A DNA stretch of 33,177 bases from a virus (IMGVR_UViG_3300032330_001458:1-33177), one strand, 5' to 3'. Positions 9,039-18,822 are shown, numbered from the stretch's first letter. Translations and numbers: made by a program. The notes: generated by a model not told the origin, from the letters alone.

Positions 9039-9775
9039 TGCCTCTAGCGCTGTCATTGTCTACCACAGGGCACAAAGAGCTACAGAACATGCTCTCCACG
9101 GCTCACGCTAAGATTAAATCGCCAAGGCGCGTCAATGAGTACATTGCTATTGCGATGCACGATGGTGGCAAAGATCCGGCTGGACGCGAACACCTTGGAA
9201 TTAAGCGCCATATCACGGAAGCCTCAAAGACTCGGCACAAGACCGCGACACGGTTAGGAGCGAAGCCAACTCAGTACCTCGCAAAGGCTGCGGGCTACCT
9301 GACAACTAGCGCAACGAACGAGACGGCAACGGTCACGATCACAAAGAGCAGTGAGATTTTTTCCAGAACTAACGGACCTGTTACAGTGAGGCCTACGGGT
9401 AAATTGAAATGGATTGCAATTCCGGCCCACAAAGACACATGCGGGAAATGGCCTCGCAACTTTCCAGAGGATTCAATGGATTTTGTGGTAATCAAAGAAG
9501 GCAAGCTTGCTGCGCTTTTTGAGAAAAAACCAAACTTAAATGAGCCTGATCCCGTAGACCCTGATGCTCCAGAAAAGCCAAAACGCGCAGCGAAGGCAAG
9601 GACCGCCAGGAAAGCAGACAAGCCCAAGAACCTAAAGCGCAAGGTTATGTTTTGGCTCGTAAAGTCTGCAACTCTACCACATGATAGGGGACTTTTGCCG
9701 ACAGATAAAGAATTCTATGAACTGGTATTCCTCGGAATTGATAATGCCCTAGTTCAATCAGGCGCTAAACTATGA
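9038..9775 (+). CDS. Neck/virion morphogenesis protein (basic)
   Basis: Position; very basic; VRP...KWIAIP and FWLVKSATLP.R..LP motifs as in gpG/HK97 gp10-like neck proteins. Confidence 0.55.
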   Translation: MPLALSLSTTGHKELQNMLSTAHAKIKSPRRVNEYIAIAMHDGGKDPAGREHLGIKRHITEASKTRHKTATRLGAKPTQYLAKAAGYLTTSATNETATVTITKSSEIFSRTNGPVTVRPTGKLKWIAIPAHKDTCGKWPRNFPEDSMDFVVIKEGKLAALFEKKPNLNEPDPVDPDAPEKPKRAAKARTARKADKPKNLKRKVMFWLVKSATLPHDRGLLPTDKEFYELVFLGIDNALVQSGAKL

Positions 9776-10596
9776 TTTCCATCACCACAGAAAGCGTTTT
9801 AAACTCCGTTCATTCGGCTGTCGAGGCGTATCTCGATTCAGACGCGCAGTTTGACGATTTCGCGCAGCACAAGGTTGTGCCAGGTCTGACGCCAAGTGTA
9901 GCGGGAGCGGAGGAAAGCTTTCTAACGCTATCGAAATCAGGCAAGCAGGGCGTCGCCATCCTGATTCACCCGCCAGATATTGCCAAGGTGACGAACAATG
10001 ATGGCGGCGTAGGGCTTCCATTAGCTGAAATCAGGCTCAGTATCGTCTCGCTCTATGACCTAAATTTCAGTGACGCAGGACCAAGTAAACCGATTGCAGA
10101 TATTGCTTGGCGCTTGTGGGACTCGCTAAACAACCGTCAGTTTGACTGGATTCGTGGCGTTAGACTGATCTGCGCAGGAACCAATCCAATCAAGGCTGAA
10201 AACCACGGAGAAGGCGACACTGAAAACCAGTCGTATGAAGTGGCTTTACAGTTCTTCTGCCCCGCTGGATACAATCCACGGGTAAAACGGCCCGTTGGCA
10301 CAGAGCTAAGCAATGGCGTGTGGTCTTTCGCTTGCGCAACGTCTGGCGCGTCGATCTATTACACGACCGCTGAAACTGGAGTTGTTCCAGCCTATCCAAC
10401 GACAACGGCAACGCTAGTTAGCGGCAACGTCACTTTTGAATCATCTTGTGAAGTGTTAGTTTCTGCGTATAAATCTGGAGTCGTAGCATCTGAGGTTGCT
10501 TATTACTCAGTGACGGTCAATGAAAATACAGGCTTCACAGACGAAAGCGGAAACCAATTCACGACAGAAGGCGGCCAAACAATCATACCCGAATAA
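9772..10596 (+). CDS. Tail completion/terminator-like protein fused to an Fn3-associated (chitobiase C-terminal-like) domain
   Basis: N-terminal ~165 aa in tail-terminator position; C-terminal CATSGASIYYTT...PT...VSAYKSG..SEVA motif; ends FTDESGNQFTTEGG. Confidence 0.6.
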   Translation: MISITTESVLNSVHSAVEAYLDSDAQFDDFAQHKVVPGLTPSVAGAEESFLTLSKSGKQGVAILIHPPDIAKVTNNDGGVGLPLAEIRLSIVSLYDLNFSDAGPSKPIADIAWRLWDSLNNRQFDWIRGVRLICAGTNPIKAENHGEGDTENQSYEVALQFFCPAGYNPRVKRPVGTELSNGVWSFACATSGASIYYTTAETGVVPAYPTTTATLVSGNVTFESSCEVLVSAYKSGVVASEVAYYSVTVNENTGFTDESGNQFTTEGGQTIIPE

Positions 10597-11942
10597 TGAA
10601 ACACACCCTCATCATTGCGCTGGCTTTCATTGCTAGCATTACCACGGCTCAAGTGAAGTTCTCAGAGCTTCCGGCAGCTACTACCGTTTCCAGTTCTGAC
10701 AAGTTCATTATCCTCCAAGGAACTGGCACCGGATCAAACAAGACCGCCACAGGAACGGTTTTGGACACTTGGATTAGCGGGACATATGTTCCAAAGACGC
10801 TGACGATTAACAGTCATGCTCTGAGTGCTGATATTTCGCTAAACGCCGCAGACATCGGAATCACAACCTCAACTGGCGGCAATGGGGCGGCTGATTCGGG
10901 CGCGTATGTGCTTTTTGGTGCTAGTGGTCAATTGACGGCAACAACGGCAACAAATGTAACAAATAGCGATGGAACGCTAACCATGCGGACGCTGCCAAGC
11001 TCGATTGAAATGGTAGATTCCAGCAACGGTTTCACGGGCGCATTCAGTTTTCCAAGTTTGACGACAAACGTTAGTTGGACCCTCCCAAATGCAACCGGAA
11101 CATTGCTTTTAACGACTGGAAGCGGGTCTGCGCTGACATCACTGAACGCTAGTAATATCAGTTCTGGAACACTGGCGGGCGCTCGTTTGCCAAGCTTCAC
11201 CGGCGATGTGACCAACAGCGCTGCGGCTCTCACCCTTGCAACAGTCAACTCGAATGTGGGCACTTTCACTAATGCCAGCGTGACAGTAAACGCCAAAGGA
11301 TTGGTTACGGCGGTTTCAAATGGATCAACGCCAATAGGCGGAAGCACGGGCGCTACAACTAACGCCATCTTAAAAGCCAACGGAACAGGCGGCAGCACAT
11401 TGCAGACATCTGGAATCACTATTGATAGTACCGATGCAATTACTACTAGTGGCGCTATCACGCGCATTCGCAATGGAACAACGGCGCAAAGCTTCGAAGT
11501 GTACGATACTTACACCAACGCCAGCAACTACAGCAGATTGGAAAGCCTGTGGGCTGGTGGTCAAATGTATCTACGAACCGTTGGCGCTGGCACTGGCGGC
11601 AGTGGTTCAAACTTAACCGTTTCCTCTGGCGGCGGCATTCTCAGCCTTCAAGGCGGGTCATATTTGACTGTAGCCGTTGGCGGCACCACTAAAATGCTTT
11701 TTGCCAGTGACGGCCTAATCGCTCAAACTGACAACACTTATACTTTTGGGCGCACGGGAGCGAGTCGATTTAGCACGGCTTATCTTGGCACATCGGTTGT
11801 TGTTCCTGTTGTCAATTACACGCCAGCAACCGCGCCAGCTTCTCCCACTTCTGGATGGGTTATCTATTGCGATAGCGGAGACAGCAACAAACTCAAAGCC
11901 AAAGCAAGCACGGGCACAATCGTATTGCTAGGCACACCATAA
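10596..11942 (+). CDS. Fibre-like structural protein with a predicted Sec signal peptide
   Basis: MKHTLIIALAFIASITTA then KFSELPAAT...D fibre-attachment motif; GTFTNASVTVNAKGLVTA fibre repeat; Thr/Gly/Ser-rich. Confidence 0.7.
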   Translation: MKHTLIIALAFIASITTAQVKFSELPAATTVSSSDKFIILQGTGTGSNKTATGTVLDTWISGTYVPKTLTINSHALSADISLNAADIGITTSTGGNGAADSGAYVLFGASGQLTATTATNVTNSDGTLTMRTLPSSIEMVDSSNGFTGAFSFPSLTTNVSWTLPNATGTLLLTTGSGSALTSLNASNISSGTLAGARLPSFTGDVTNSAAALTLATVNSNVGTFTNASVTVNAKGLVTAVSNGSTPIGGSTGATTNAILKANGTGGSTLQTSGITIDSTDAITTSGAITRIRNGTTAQSFEVYDTYTNASNYSRLESLWAGGQMYLRTVGAGTGGSGSNLTVSSGGGILSLQGGSYLTVAVGGTTKMLFASDGLIAQTDNTYTFGRTGASRFSTAYLGTSVVVPVVNYTPATAPASPTSGWVIYCDSGDSNKLKAKASTGTIVLLGTP

Positions 11943-11962
11943 TTTCAAAACCAACAAACGAC

Positions 11963-13297
11963 ATGAGCGCCATATTCTACACCGCCCCTTGTTCCGTCGC
12001 TATCGGCGGAGTTACCTACACGACGTTGGATAACGTAGTGGTCAATGCAGTTCAACCCATGGCTGATGTTCAGTCGATTCTCGGCGGGCCACATAATCAG
12101 TTTCAGACGGCATATGAGCACACGATTACTTTCACTCCGCACGGCGTTGTGAATAATACCAATCTCACCAACTTCTTCCCTCTGCTTACAAAGAGCGTTG
12201 GTTCTCTGGTGTTCAACGATTCCACATGCGTGATTACGGATGTTAACGGCAACGTTGCAACCTATCACAATGCGGCAGTCACGAAACAACCAACAATCAA
12301 GCTTTCCCTCATTGAGGCTTCTCTGTTTGGCTCCATTGAAATCAAGGCGCTTGTTGCAAAGAGCGGTACTAATGCAGGCTTGCTTGTCACTCACTCGACT
12401 GGAGGGACATTCGATTACACCGCGATTCCGACAAATCGTTTCAGCGCGATCCCAAAACTCACTTGGTACACTTCACGCACTGCGGGCCTTGCGTATGCTG
12501 TCGGCACTCTCACGCTAACAGGTAACGCTGTAGCCGATGAGACGGTGACGATTGGCAGCAAAACATATACCTGGAAAGCCTCCGTTTCAACCACGGCAAA
12601 CCAAGTCAAGGTTGGCGCATCTGCTGCTGCCTCCATCACAAACTTGATTGCGGCAGTTAATGGCGGCACAGGTTCAGGCACACTTTACGGCTCCGCAACG
12701 GTTGCCAGTACGCAGGTAATTGCAGCACAGGGGAGCGGCACTTCAATGACAGCAACCGCCAGAATCGGCGGAACTGCTGCGAACTCCTACGCTACAACCG
12801 ACACGATGACTAATGCGACATGGGGCGCGGCAACTCTAGCAGGCGGAACAGATCAGGGAGCTGCAAACGCGCAAGGCTATGTCGCCTCGCCTGCTGATAA
12901 GGGATGGTTTGAAATCGAGACTAGCAACGGAATCACGATCACGCCAAGCGCAACCCTTGTGGCTCGCTCAAGCTCTGCGTATGGCAATATTGCGAACTAC
13001 GCTGTAACCGATTCAGGCGCTTCTGTTGAGTTTGTGCCTGTTGATCTAACAAACGCCGCCTTCCGATCCGCGCAACCTTCTACGGTTGGCGGGAATGCCG
13101 CCCGTGGTAATATTGTTATCACTGCTGACGGTGGCAGCGGTCTTAACATGACAATCACTATCACGGCATGCTCTTACGCTGGCAGCAACGTAACGCATAG
13201 CAATTCCGAGCTTTACCAAGGCTCTTGCTCGCTGCGTTCAAATGTGGTTCAAGAGGGCGGAATCCTTCTGCCGGAACTCGCAATCTCAATCGCTTAA
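11963..13297 (+). CDS. Major tail (tube) protein with inserted beta domain
   Basis: Strong A/C-rich leader; beta-rich halves flank an AVGTLTLTG..DETVTIG..YT...LAGG insertion. Confidence 0.6.
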   Translation: MSAIFYTAPCSVAIGGVTYTTLDNVVVNAVQPMADVQSILGGPHNQFQTAYEHTITFTPHGVVNNTNLTNFFPLLTKSVGSLVFNDSTCVITDVNGNVATYHNAAVTKQPTIKLSLIEASLFGSIEIKALVAKSGTNAGLLVTHSTGGTFDYTAIPTNRFSAIPKLTWYTSRTAGLAYAVGTLTLTGNAVADETVTIGSKTYTWKASVSTTANQVKVGASAAASITNLIAAVNGGTGSGTLYGSATVASTQVIAAQGSGTSMTATARIGGTAANSYATTDTMTNATWGAATLAGGTDQGAANAQGYVASPADKGWFEIETSNGITITPSATLVARSSSAYGNIANYAVTDSGASVEFVPVDLTNAAFRSAQPSTVGGNAARGNIVITADGGSGLNMTITITACSYAGSNVTHSNSELYQGSCSLRSNVVQEGGILLPELAISIA

Positions 13298-13307
13298 TTT
13301 CCCTGCC

Positions 13308-13913
13308 ATGGTGAGCATATCCAAGGGCAATGATGTACGGCTTCCAGGTCCTCGGACATGGTTAGCCGGTTGCCCTTGGGTATCGCCTAACGCTTGGATG
13401 CCGGAAAACACCGCGCCGCCAGCATCAAAGCGCAAGCAATTCATTGCCAGCGGGGCAGGTTGGCAACGAGTCAAGGCTTACGATTTGGGCAACACTCAAA
13501 TCGAATGGTCTTTTACCTCGCAAATCCAACTCGCCAACTTCCAAGCGGCGGCACAGTTAGCCGCAACAATTGGCGATGTGGGGCAGTTTCAAGGCGTCCT
13601 AGAATGGTGGATTCAAGATGCCGCATCCGTTGCCTACAACGTATACAGGGCGACAGATTGCGCTGTCACTGCGGAAATTCTAACGCTTGAAAATGTCGGC
13701 ATCACACTCGGCTACAAGGCAACGTTCGGCGGACTTGTCTTTTGCGGAAGTGAGACTCCTTATCCCGATGTGCTAGGCGATGGATTGGGTAACGTTTTAG
13801 GCGATGGAAATGGTAACATTCTAGGTTGTTCAATCAATGGCCTGATCACTGACCCGTCTACATGGACAATTGAAAGCACGGGCACCGGAACAATTGAGAC
13901 GACAGGGGATTAA
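13308..13913 (+). CDS. Distal tail (Dit)-like protein
   Basis: ATG at 13308 after the tube stop; YDLGN...WSF pattern; C-terminal LGDGLGNVLGDGNGNILG repeat. Confidence 0.45.
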   Translation: MVSISKGNDVRLPGPRTWLAGCPWVSPNAWMPENTAPPASKRKQFIASGAGWQRVKAYDLGNTQIEWSFTSQIQLANFQAAAQLAATIGDVGQFQGVLEWWIQDAASVAYNVYRATDCAVTAEILTLENVGITLGYKATFGGLVFCGSETPYPDVLGDGLGNVLGDGNGNILGCSINGLITDPSTWTIESTGTGTIETTGD

Positions 13914-13915
13914 AT

Positions 13916-14389
13916 ATGGCAACACTCGAAAATCCAGGGGATAGGCCGGTAGTCACAACAATGAGTTTGACTGATGCCTTTCGCGTCCGCATTGGCTCCA
14001 TTTTCAAAGAGGTGGCTCTGTCTAGTTTGAAGCTCATTCTTGCTGGCGGGACTCCTTCCATTGCGGCGGGAGCAGGCGCAGGAACAGGCGCTTCCGTGAC
14101 TCTTGATGCAAACGCTACAGACATGTCTGGATGTGTTACAATCGTTACTGGCACGACTCCCACAGGTGCAAACGCTGACATTTTCACTGTTACATTCTCC
14201 ACTCCATTTGCGACAACTCCACATGTGATGTTTTCCCCCGGCAATGAAAACGCCGCAGCATTAGGAGGAACGCAGCGCTCATTTATTGACGCCGCCAGCC
14301 TATCAACATCCTCATTCAAAATGATCTCTGCGACATCGGCGATTGTTGCCAGTCGGACCTATATTTTCTTCTACCAAGTAAGCCTCTAA
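13916..14389 (+). CDS. Small tail fibre/spike-like protein
   Basis: N-terminal attachment-like segment, then GAGAGTGASV and FTVTFSTPFATTPHV beta-sandwich. Confidence 0.6.
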   Translation: MATLENPGDRPVVTTMSLTDAFRVRIGSIFKEVALSSLKLILAGGTPSIAAGAGAGTGASVTLDANATDMSGCVTIVTGTTPTGANADIFTVTFSTPFATTPHVMFSPGNENAAALGGTQRSFIDAASLSTSSFKMISATSAIVASRTYIFFYQVSL

Positions 14390-14393
14390 AATT

Positions 14394-14984
14394 ATGGCAC
14401 TCCTAGATTCATCGCGACTGTTTGACGTTTCGCAACTTGACACTGCGCCAATTCCTTTGGCCGATACTGATGTTGTCGGAATTAGTCGGAGTAATGCCAC
14501 AAAGCCTACAGCGCTAAGCAATGTTCTGGGCTACATCCAATCGGCGTTAACTTCCGTTTTCACATGGGGCGGAATCACTGCGTTTCCTTCTATTACTGCC
14601 AAGGACGGTTCATTCCTTGAAGTCTTGCCGGGAGCGACTGGCGTTGCATGGTCTGGCGGTACTGGCACGGGTGGAACTGTCACGCAGGCGACTAACAGAA
14701 GCACCGGCGTTACCTTGAATAAGATCAGTGGCGAAATCACGATGAACGCCGCAAGCCTTGCCGCTGGCGCTAACGTGTCATTCACGGTCACTAACTCAAG
14801 TGTTGCGGCCACAGACATAATCATTGCCAATATCAAAAGCTTTTCCACCGGCCAGCCAAGCGTGCATGTTATCACCGTCGCTGCTGGTTCATTCACTTTG
14901 ATGGTACGCAATAACCACGCCTCAACGGCAGATACTACCGCTGACAAGATTGCGTTCAGAGTTATCAAAGCTTCCATTTCCTAA
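14394..14984 (+). CDS. Small tail fibre/structural protein
   Basis: VSQL...LADTD N-terminus; GGTVTQAT..STGVTLNK.SG.ITM..A.LAAG...SFTVTNS domain common in phage virion proteins. Confidence 0.65.
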   Translation: MALLDSSRLFDVSQLDTAPIPLADTDVVGISRSNATKPTALSNVLGYIQSALTSVFTWGGITAFPSITAKDGSFLEVLPGATGVAWSGGTGTGGTVTQATNRSTGVTLNKISGEITMNAASLAAGANVSFTVTNSSVAATDIIIANIKSFSTGQPSVHVITVAAGSFTLMVRNNHASTADTTADKIAFRVIKASIS

Positions 14985-14992
14985 TTCATCCC

Positions 14993-17338
14993 ATGGCTGA
15001 ACGCGTCTATGACATCAAGATTCGCAACACGGTTGAAAATCCGCAGGCATATGCGCAGGCTCAACAGGGGATTGAATCAGTAGCGCAGGCCACAGAGAAG
15101 GCGGCAAGGGCGACAGAACACCAAACGCAGGCCGACAAGGATCTTGCGGCAGCACGGGCAAGCCTAGAGAAGTCTTTCGCGAATGCGGATAAGACGCTTG
15201 CGGGCGCTAAAGCAGGGCTTCCAAGCGATGGGCCGAAAGACCTTGCGGCAGCGATCAAAGACAAGGTAAAGGACATTCGCGCCGACAGTCGCGCAGTCCG
15301 TGCTGGCTCAGACACGTTAGGCGATTTAATGGACCCAGAGGGGATGCTGAAAGAGGAAGTAGCAAACCTTTTCAGCAAGTTTACATCCTCCATTCCAATG
15401 CTTGCGGCCGGAATGGCAACTGTCACAGGCCTATTTGCTGGCGGTAGAATGGCTATCAAAGGCCTTTTGGAGGAAGATAAAAATCTTGGGCCTGCTGTCG
15501 ATAACCTGTCAAAGGCTTTCCAAGGTTTGGCAGTCAATGCGCTCAAACCATTTATCGGCGAGGCCGCAGGCATCACTAAAGCTATCAACTGGATAACTGA
15601 GGCGATGGGCGGCGAAACGGAAGCCATGAAGGCCGCGCATGGCCCGATTCAAGGCCTAATCTCGCTGCACGAGAAAGCAAAGACAGCAACGGAACTTTGG
15701 AGCGATGCCTTAAAGGACATCAAAGCAGACGTTGACGGTGCTAATACTGCAATCGAAGGCTACAACAAGACCCTGGCTCTCCTGGACAAAGGAGAGATGG
15801 CGGAACTTGAGCGCCAGCACGCCGAAGAGCTGCGACAGATTAACGAGGATCAAGTAGCGTCAGAAGAGGATAAGACAGTTCGCATAATCGAAGCCGCAAC
15901 ACGCCTTGAAGATGCGAAGGATGAACTCAACGCACGATCAAGAGAGCGTGAAATGGAGGCGGCACGCGAGCGCCAGAAAGTTCTGGAGCAAGAGGAAGCT
16001 GACATCGCAGAAGAGTTTTTGCAGCAACATGAACGTGTTGAGAAGCTGAATAAACTTGCGGTTGAAAGAGACAAAGTAAATAGAGCGAGGGCAGCTTTAG
16101 AAGAAGCAAACGCCAAGCTTGAAGGCCGTGATGGAAAAGGCAAATACATTAGCGCGGGCATGGGTGGCGCTACATACGTACCAGACCTGACGTATGACAA
16201 AGACATTGCCGAAATGCAGCGCAAACAGCGTGCATTTGATGACGCCGAAAAGAAGCGCAAAGCCGTAGCTGATTCGATTGCTGGCGGCACAGAGGGAGTC
16301 AATCCAGATGAAGAAAAGAAAGCCCTAGATGCCAAGCGCGAAGCCCTGGATAACAAGGAAAAAGAGCTGCAAAAGAAGCGCGAAGAACTCCAGAACAAGG
16401 AGAATGACAATGAGATTAAGCGCCAGCAAGAGGAACAAGCTTCCGAGCAACGGCGCAAAGATGCACAGCGGAAAATAGATCAAGCCACGGGGCAGGGTGA
16501 TTTTGCTGGCCAAGGTGGTATTGATCAAAAGGCCGCAGACGCCGCAGCACTGGCGGCAGATGAGAACGCCTGGAATGAATGGGGCAAAGACAACGGAACG
16601 AGCCAGAAAGGCCCTTCAAACGGCAGCCAAGGCGGTTCTGGTAGTGGAAGCGTTGGAACTCTGAACGTCAACACCCTCAACGTCAAAAATGCTAATGGCA
16701 TGGGCGGGGGCAGCGGAAAAGGCGGCGGTGGAAATGGCGGTAATGCCGATTCTGGCGACGATTTCAACGCGATGGTTGATGGGACTAACGCCGCAATTGC
16801 AGAAGAGAAACGAGGTCGCAACGCCAAAGCAGGATTGCACGCTGGCGAGAGCGCGGCAAAAGGCCAGCTTTCCGACACGGTTGGTAACAATGAAGGTGTG
16901 ATTACGGGCCATCACGGCGGCGGTGGTGCTCACAAGTCGGCAGGAGGCGCTTTTAGTTCAGGGCTGTCGTATGGACAGCAAAAGGCTTTTGATAACGGGG
17001 TGGCAGATTCCGGCGTAAACTACGGCGTCAATTCTGCCGACAGACAGAACGCAGAAGCGAACGCTGAACGGTTGCGCCGTTTTGGTAATACCAACGGAGT
17101 GGGGGATCGTGGCATGGCCACCCCTGCCCACATTGAGCAGCTAATCAAATCATTTGAATCGAAAAACGAAGGATCTGCCAAAGCTCTTGGACTGACTGCC
17201 AAATCTATGGAGAAGGCCGCAGATTCGATCAACTCAACTATGACAAACGTCGGGGCGAAGCTGGCGACAGTGAGCAACCATCTTGACGCCATTGGAGGCC
17301 GTACTAGCCAATTCGATAAAATCGTTGCTGGGCACTAA
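14993..17338 (+). CDS. Tape measure protein (helical, with Gly-rich C-terminal third)
   Basis: YDIKIR N-terminal strand, Ala-rich helices, a hydrophobic stretch and long coiled coils; largest tail gene. Confidence 0.7.
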   Translation: MAERVYDIKIRNTVENPQAYAQAQQGIESVAQATEKAARATEHQTQADKDLAAARASLEKSFANADKTLAGAKAGLPSDGPKDLAAAIKDKVKDIRADSRAVRAGSDTLGDLMDPEGMLKEEVANLFSKFTSSIPMLAAGMATVTGLFAGGRMAIKGLLEEDKNLGPAVDNLSKAFQGLAVNALKPFIGEAAGITKAINWITEAMGGETEAMKAAHGPIQGLISLHEKAKTATELWSDALKDIKADVDGANTAIEGYNKTLALLDKGEMAELERQHAEELRQINEDQVASEEDKTVRIIEAATRLEDAKDELNARSREREMEAARERQKVLEQEEADIAEEFLQQHERVEKLNKLAVERDKVNRARAALEEANAKLEGRDGKGKYISAGMGGATYVPDLTYDKDIAEMQRKQRAFDDAEKKRKAVADSIAGGTEGVNPDEEKKALDAKREALDNKEKELQKKREELQNKENDNEIKRQQEEQASEQRRKDAQRKIDQATGQGDFAGQGGIDQKAADAAALAADENAWNEWGKDNGTSQKGPSNGSQGGSGSGSVGTLNVNTLNVKNANGMGGGSGKGGGGNGGNADSGDDFNAMVDGTNAAIAEEKRGRNAKAGLHAGESAAKGQLSDTVGNNEGVITGHHGGGGAHKSAGGAFSSGLSYGQQKAFDNGVADSGVNYGVNSADRQNAEANAERLRRFGNTNGVGDRGMATPAHIEQLIKSFESKNEGSAKALGLTAKSMEKAADSINSTMTNVGAKLATVSNHLDAIGGRTSQFDKIVAGH

Positions 17339-18822
17339 TGAACACCTTCGCAATCACTGTTAACGATGGCCCAAAGCTCGATTGCGAGACTTACGGAATC
17401 GCTATCCAAACGCGATCCGAAAAGAATCAAGCAGAAGGACAGGTAACGCTGGCGGTTGCCCGCAGGCCAAACGAGCCCTTCCTTTTCAATGTTGACGACA
17501 TAGTGACGATCTATCGCAATGGCGTTCAGTGGTGGCGCGGCGTTTCCGGCCCTGCAACGGCCATGATGAGCGCCGATGACTTTTGGCACGCGCACACGGT
17601 CAAAGACCCGTGGACTGTGCTAGAAAACTGCCAGTGGAGATTTTCTTCTGGCGATAGCTTGCCCACCTCGTTACCCACTTCAAACTCGGCATGGAAGCTC
17701 CTGGCTGATTGGGCTAGCTCGCACCTGTCAACCTATCTAACTTTCCCGTACTGGCCGAATTCTGTCACTCAACAGATTTACCCGATATGGCCCAATAAGA
17801 CGGGCCCTGTCGCGCAGAATGTGACGAACCTGCTAAAGCCTATCCCTCTTGCGTCCGTGCATTGGGACCACTCCACAACGCCTCCGACAATGGTTGTCTG
17901 GAATCAGGGTGACTCAGTTCTGAATCTTGATTACAAGACGCACAACATAGGAGACGCAATACAGTTCACCCGCCGCGATGATCTAGCGCCGTCTGTTGTT
18001 GAGCTATCCATTATCGACACGGCAGCTAACGAGGCGGCATGGGGCGAAATGGCTCCGATTGTACCGATTGCCGCAACGGCTTACTCGGTCTATCCACCAA
18101 CTGCAACCGTGGGCGGGTATGGCTCCGTTCTGTCGATCAACACGACAATCACAAACGCTCAAATCAAGGGCGGGATTGCTCAGTATTTGCACTCCCTGCT
18201 ATCGGTTAAAGTGTGGGAGGGATCATTCACCGTTGCAACGCTTGAATCAGGTCTATTGATTCAGCCTGGAATGACTGTCAATATCTCAGGCAATCCGGTT
18301 TATTCCAGCGATTGGGCCGCTATGAACGCTGTTGTTCAATCCGTTACAACTAACGTCATGACCGGCGTTTCTACGGTCACTGTTGGCGCTTCCGGCTATG
18401 CCACGATGCAAGACCTGATGACACGGGTGCGGTGGATGCTCCAAATGAAGTTTTGGGATCATCTATATCCTTCGCTGCCGTTCCAAAATGTCACCATTGC
18501 GGAGCCTGGAGCAGGGGCGGGGACTGATGCCAATGTAACAGCGACAGGTGAATACACTACTGGAGTCGGTGGAATTGTGTCCGTCACGGAACAGATGGGG
18601 CCTAGTGGTTTCGCCGGGACTAACTTCGTTGACGTTTACTTGCCTGCCGCGCTGTCGCCAAATGGCTTTAGTGCTGTGCTAGCGAACTCGAATGCTACAG
18701 CGATCACGCTAAATGCAACCGTGACAGTAATTTCAACGACTCAATTCAGGATCATGAAGAACGTCAATTCACCCATTGCGAACTCTATTTGTCAGTGGGC
18801 AGTGTTCCTGACGCCACTCTAA
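17338..18822 (+). CDS. Baseplate hub/tail tip protein
   Basis: Follows TMP; DIVTIYRNG..W.RG and IQPGMTV...VVQSV......TVTVG hub motifs. Confidence 0.65.
   Translation: MNTFAITVNDGPKLDCETYGIAIQTRSEKNQAEGQVTLAVARRPNEPFLFNVDDIVTIYRNGVQWWRGVSGPATAMMSADDFWHAHTVKDPWTVLENCQWRFSSGDSLPTSLPTSNSAWKLLADWASSHLSTYLTFPYWPNSVTQQIYPIWPNKTGPVAQNVTNLLKPIPLASVHWDHSTTPPTMVVWNQGDSVLNLDYKTHNIGDAIQFTRRDDLAPSVVELSIIDTAANEAAWGEMAPIVPIAATAYSVYPPTATVGGYGSVLSINTTITNAQIKGGIAQYLHSLLSVKVWEGSFTVATLESGLLIQPGMTVNISGNPVYSSDWAAMNAVVQSVTTNVMTGVSTVTVGASGYATMQDLMTRVRWMLQMKFWDHLYPSLPFQNVTIAEPGAGAGTDANVTATGEYTTGVGGIVSVTEQMGPSGFAGTNFVDVYLPAALSPNGFSAVLANSNATAITLNATVTVISTTQFRIMKNVNSPIANSICQWAVFLTPL

Noticed and set aside
14940-15000. 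Programmed frameshift tail-chaperone pair before the tape measure
   Set aside because: The upstream gene is a beta-rich fibre-like protein with no slippery site or overlapping frame
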